64,000 nt of DNA. It comes from Malacoraja senta (Eukaryota). A model generated the notes under the pieces. It saw only the letters and a program-made list of their open reading frames with translations. It was not told where the DNA came from and searched no databases. This document shows positions 62,453 through 64,000 of the stretch, one piece after another; the first letter of the stretch is position 1, and every line of letters starts with the position of its first letter. The translations under genes and the position numbers were made by a program. The DNA lies in the NCBI GenBank assembly GCA_038087875.1, contig CM075981.1:868001-932000 (forward strand). Direction: 5' to 3'.

Positions 62453-62807
62453 GATGGCGCAACGGGCTAAGTGTTCGGCTGGCAACCGGAAGGTAGCCGG
62501 TTCGAATCGCGCTTGGAGTGCATACTGTCGTTGTGTCCTTGGGCAAGACACTTCACCCACCTTTGCCTGCGTGTGAATGTGTTTGAATGTGTGTGAATGT
62601 GTGTGAGTGATTGGTGGTGGTCGGAGGGGCCGTAGGCGCAAATTAGCAGCCACGCTTCCGTCAGTCTGCCCCAGGGCAGCTGTGGCTACAGAAGTAGCTT
62701 ACCACCAGCGAGTGTGACTGAGGAGTGAATGAATAATGCGATGTAAAGCGCCTTGAGTATTAGAAAGGCGCTATATAAATATAATCCATTATTATTATTA
62801 TTATTAT
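62453..62807 (+). mobile_element. tRNA-derived SINE resembling teleost AFC-type SINEs, with an L2-type 3' hairpin and (ATT)n tail
   Basis: A-box TGGCGCAACGG, B-box GTTCGAATC, core GTGTCCTTGGGCAAGACACTT...GCCCCAGGGCAGCTGTGGCTAC, hairpin AGCGCCTT/AAGGCGCT. Confidence 0.75.
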
Positions 62808-63636
62808 CAATGCCTGAACTGCAAATTTCTGGGTGAGATCTGTAACCAAAAAGATTCAACCATCATGACCACAGAAACTACCCCACAAAAAAGTCAATTT
62901 CTGTAACTGAAGAAAGTTCGATTGAAAATGCTGGTCTTAGCAACATTGCTACAGAATGTCTTCTCAACTCTAGAGGTACTCCGTTCGAAATATGCAAAGT
63001 TCTTACTGAGCAGGAGAGTGCAGGGGAAAGGATGAGATTTTCCTTGGCTCAATTGTCCAGATGCAGTGAGGAGGGGTAAGTTGGGCCGAAGGGCCTGTTT
63101 CTGCATTGTATGACTCTATGACTCCAATGCAATCTAGCCTGGGAACAATTGTTTCTTAGATATTAAAGGATCTATGGAAATAGAACTAGTACTGGATATT
63201 GACATGATGAAGGATAATACAATACAATACAATACAATACAAAGCCCTTTATTCGTCCCCGAGGGGATAAGCTATGATTTCAATGCATGGTGTAGTTATG
63301 AAGGACCGAATGGGGCCTGACATATTTGTTCATTAATTTGTTCACCCTACAATACACATTTATTTGTTTTGAACACATTTCCAATCAATGTACAAGCACA
63401 TCAAAGGCCAACGTGCGATGGAATGAAACATTGTGTGTGAGCTGCATCTTGCTGTGGTTAACGTGCTTCCTGTTAATATGAGCAGTTGAGCAAAACACAA
63501 AAAAACACTTCAGTGGGTCAAACAGCATCTGTGAAAGGAAATGGACAGATGACATTTCAGGTCACGACCCTACTTCAGACTGGTGTTACTTTTCTCAGAA
63601 TTTGACTGCAGCAGAAACCCACAAACATACAATGTT

Positions 63637-63835
63637 ACACAAAAATGCTGGAGAAACTCAGCGGGATGCAGCAGCATCTATGGAGTGAAGGAAATAGGCA
63701 ACGTTTCGGGCCGAAACCCTTCTTCAGACCCGAAATGTTGCCTATTTCCTTCGCTCCATAGATGCTGCTGCACCCGCTGAGTTTCTCCAGCATTTTTGTG
63801 TACCTTCGATTTTCCAGCATCTGCAGTTCCTTCTT
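63637..63835. mobile_element. Second palindromic PLE pLTR-derived element
   Basis: Inverted arms around 63719; 14-bp flanking repeat AAACATACAATGTT at 63623-63636 and 63836-63849. Confidence 0.75.
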
Positions 63836-64000
63836 AAACATACAATGTTCACTAGTTCATAAGTTCTAAGTGCAGAATTAGGCCTTTCGGCCCATCAAGT
63901 CCGCCATTCAATCATGGCTGATCTATCTTCTCCTGCCTTCTCCCCATAACCCCTGACACCCCCACTAATCAGGAATCTGTCAATCTCTGCCTAACAAATA

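Noticed and set aside
62866-63076. Roughly 60-codon open stretch in non-repeat-looking DNA
   Set aside because: It needs a frameshift to connect to an ATG, has no splice sites, and has no recognisable domain.

Overview
Eukaryotic DNA, almost certainly an elasmobranch and probably a skate or ray. This is inferred from the abundant HE1-type V-SINEs, CR1/HER1-like LINEs and Penelope-like (PLE) remnants. Most of the window is retroelement-derived: one full-length CR1 nested in an L2, three L1 copies (one nested in another, one full-length), Tx1, Rex1/Babar-like and PLE fragments, about 15 HE1 SINEs, and a 200-N assembly gap at 24524-24723. Between the repeats lies a spliced + strand immunoglobulin-superfamily receptor locus of the CD300/pIgR/MDIR type. 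Its parts in order are: a dead V exon (30324-31918); an intact V exon (33048-33362); a C2-type Ig exon (34541-34843); a second V exon that lost its donor site (36530-36825); stalk A, a TM exon with Lys/Arg and a short-tail exon (40632-42891); a paralogous stalk B hit by two insertions (43979 / 50532-50603); and cytoplasmic exons ending in an ITIM-bearing exon (61112-61387). No Ig exon lies between the two back-ends, so one ectodomain may be spliced to activating-like, inhibitory and soluble ends. A leader exon of an oppositely oriented gene sits at 569-608 on the minus strand. No leader exon was found for the + gene, and the TM exon for the ITIM branch is uncertain. All exon calls rest on splice-site and reading-phase logic, not on transcript evidence. 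Repeat boundaries are approximate unless a target-site duplication (TSD) is given.
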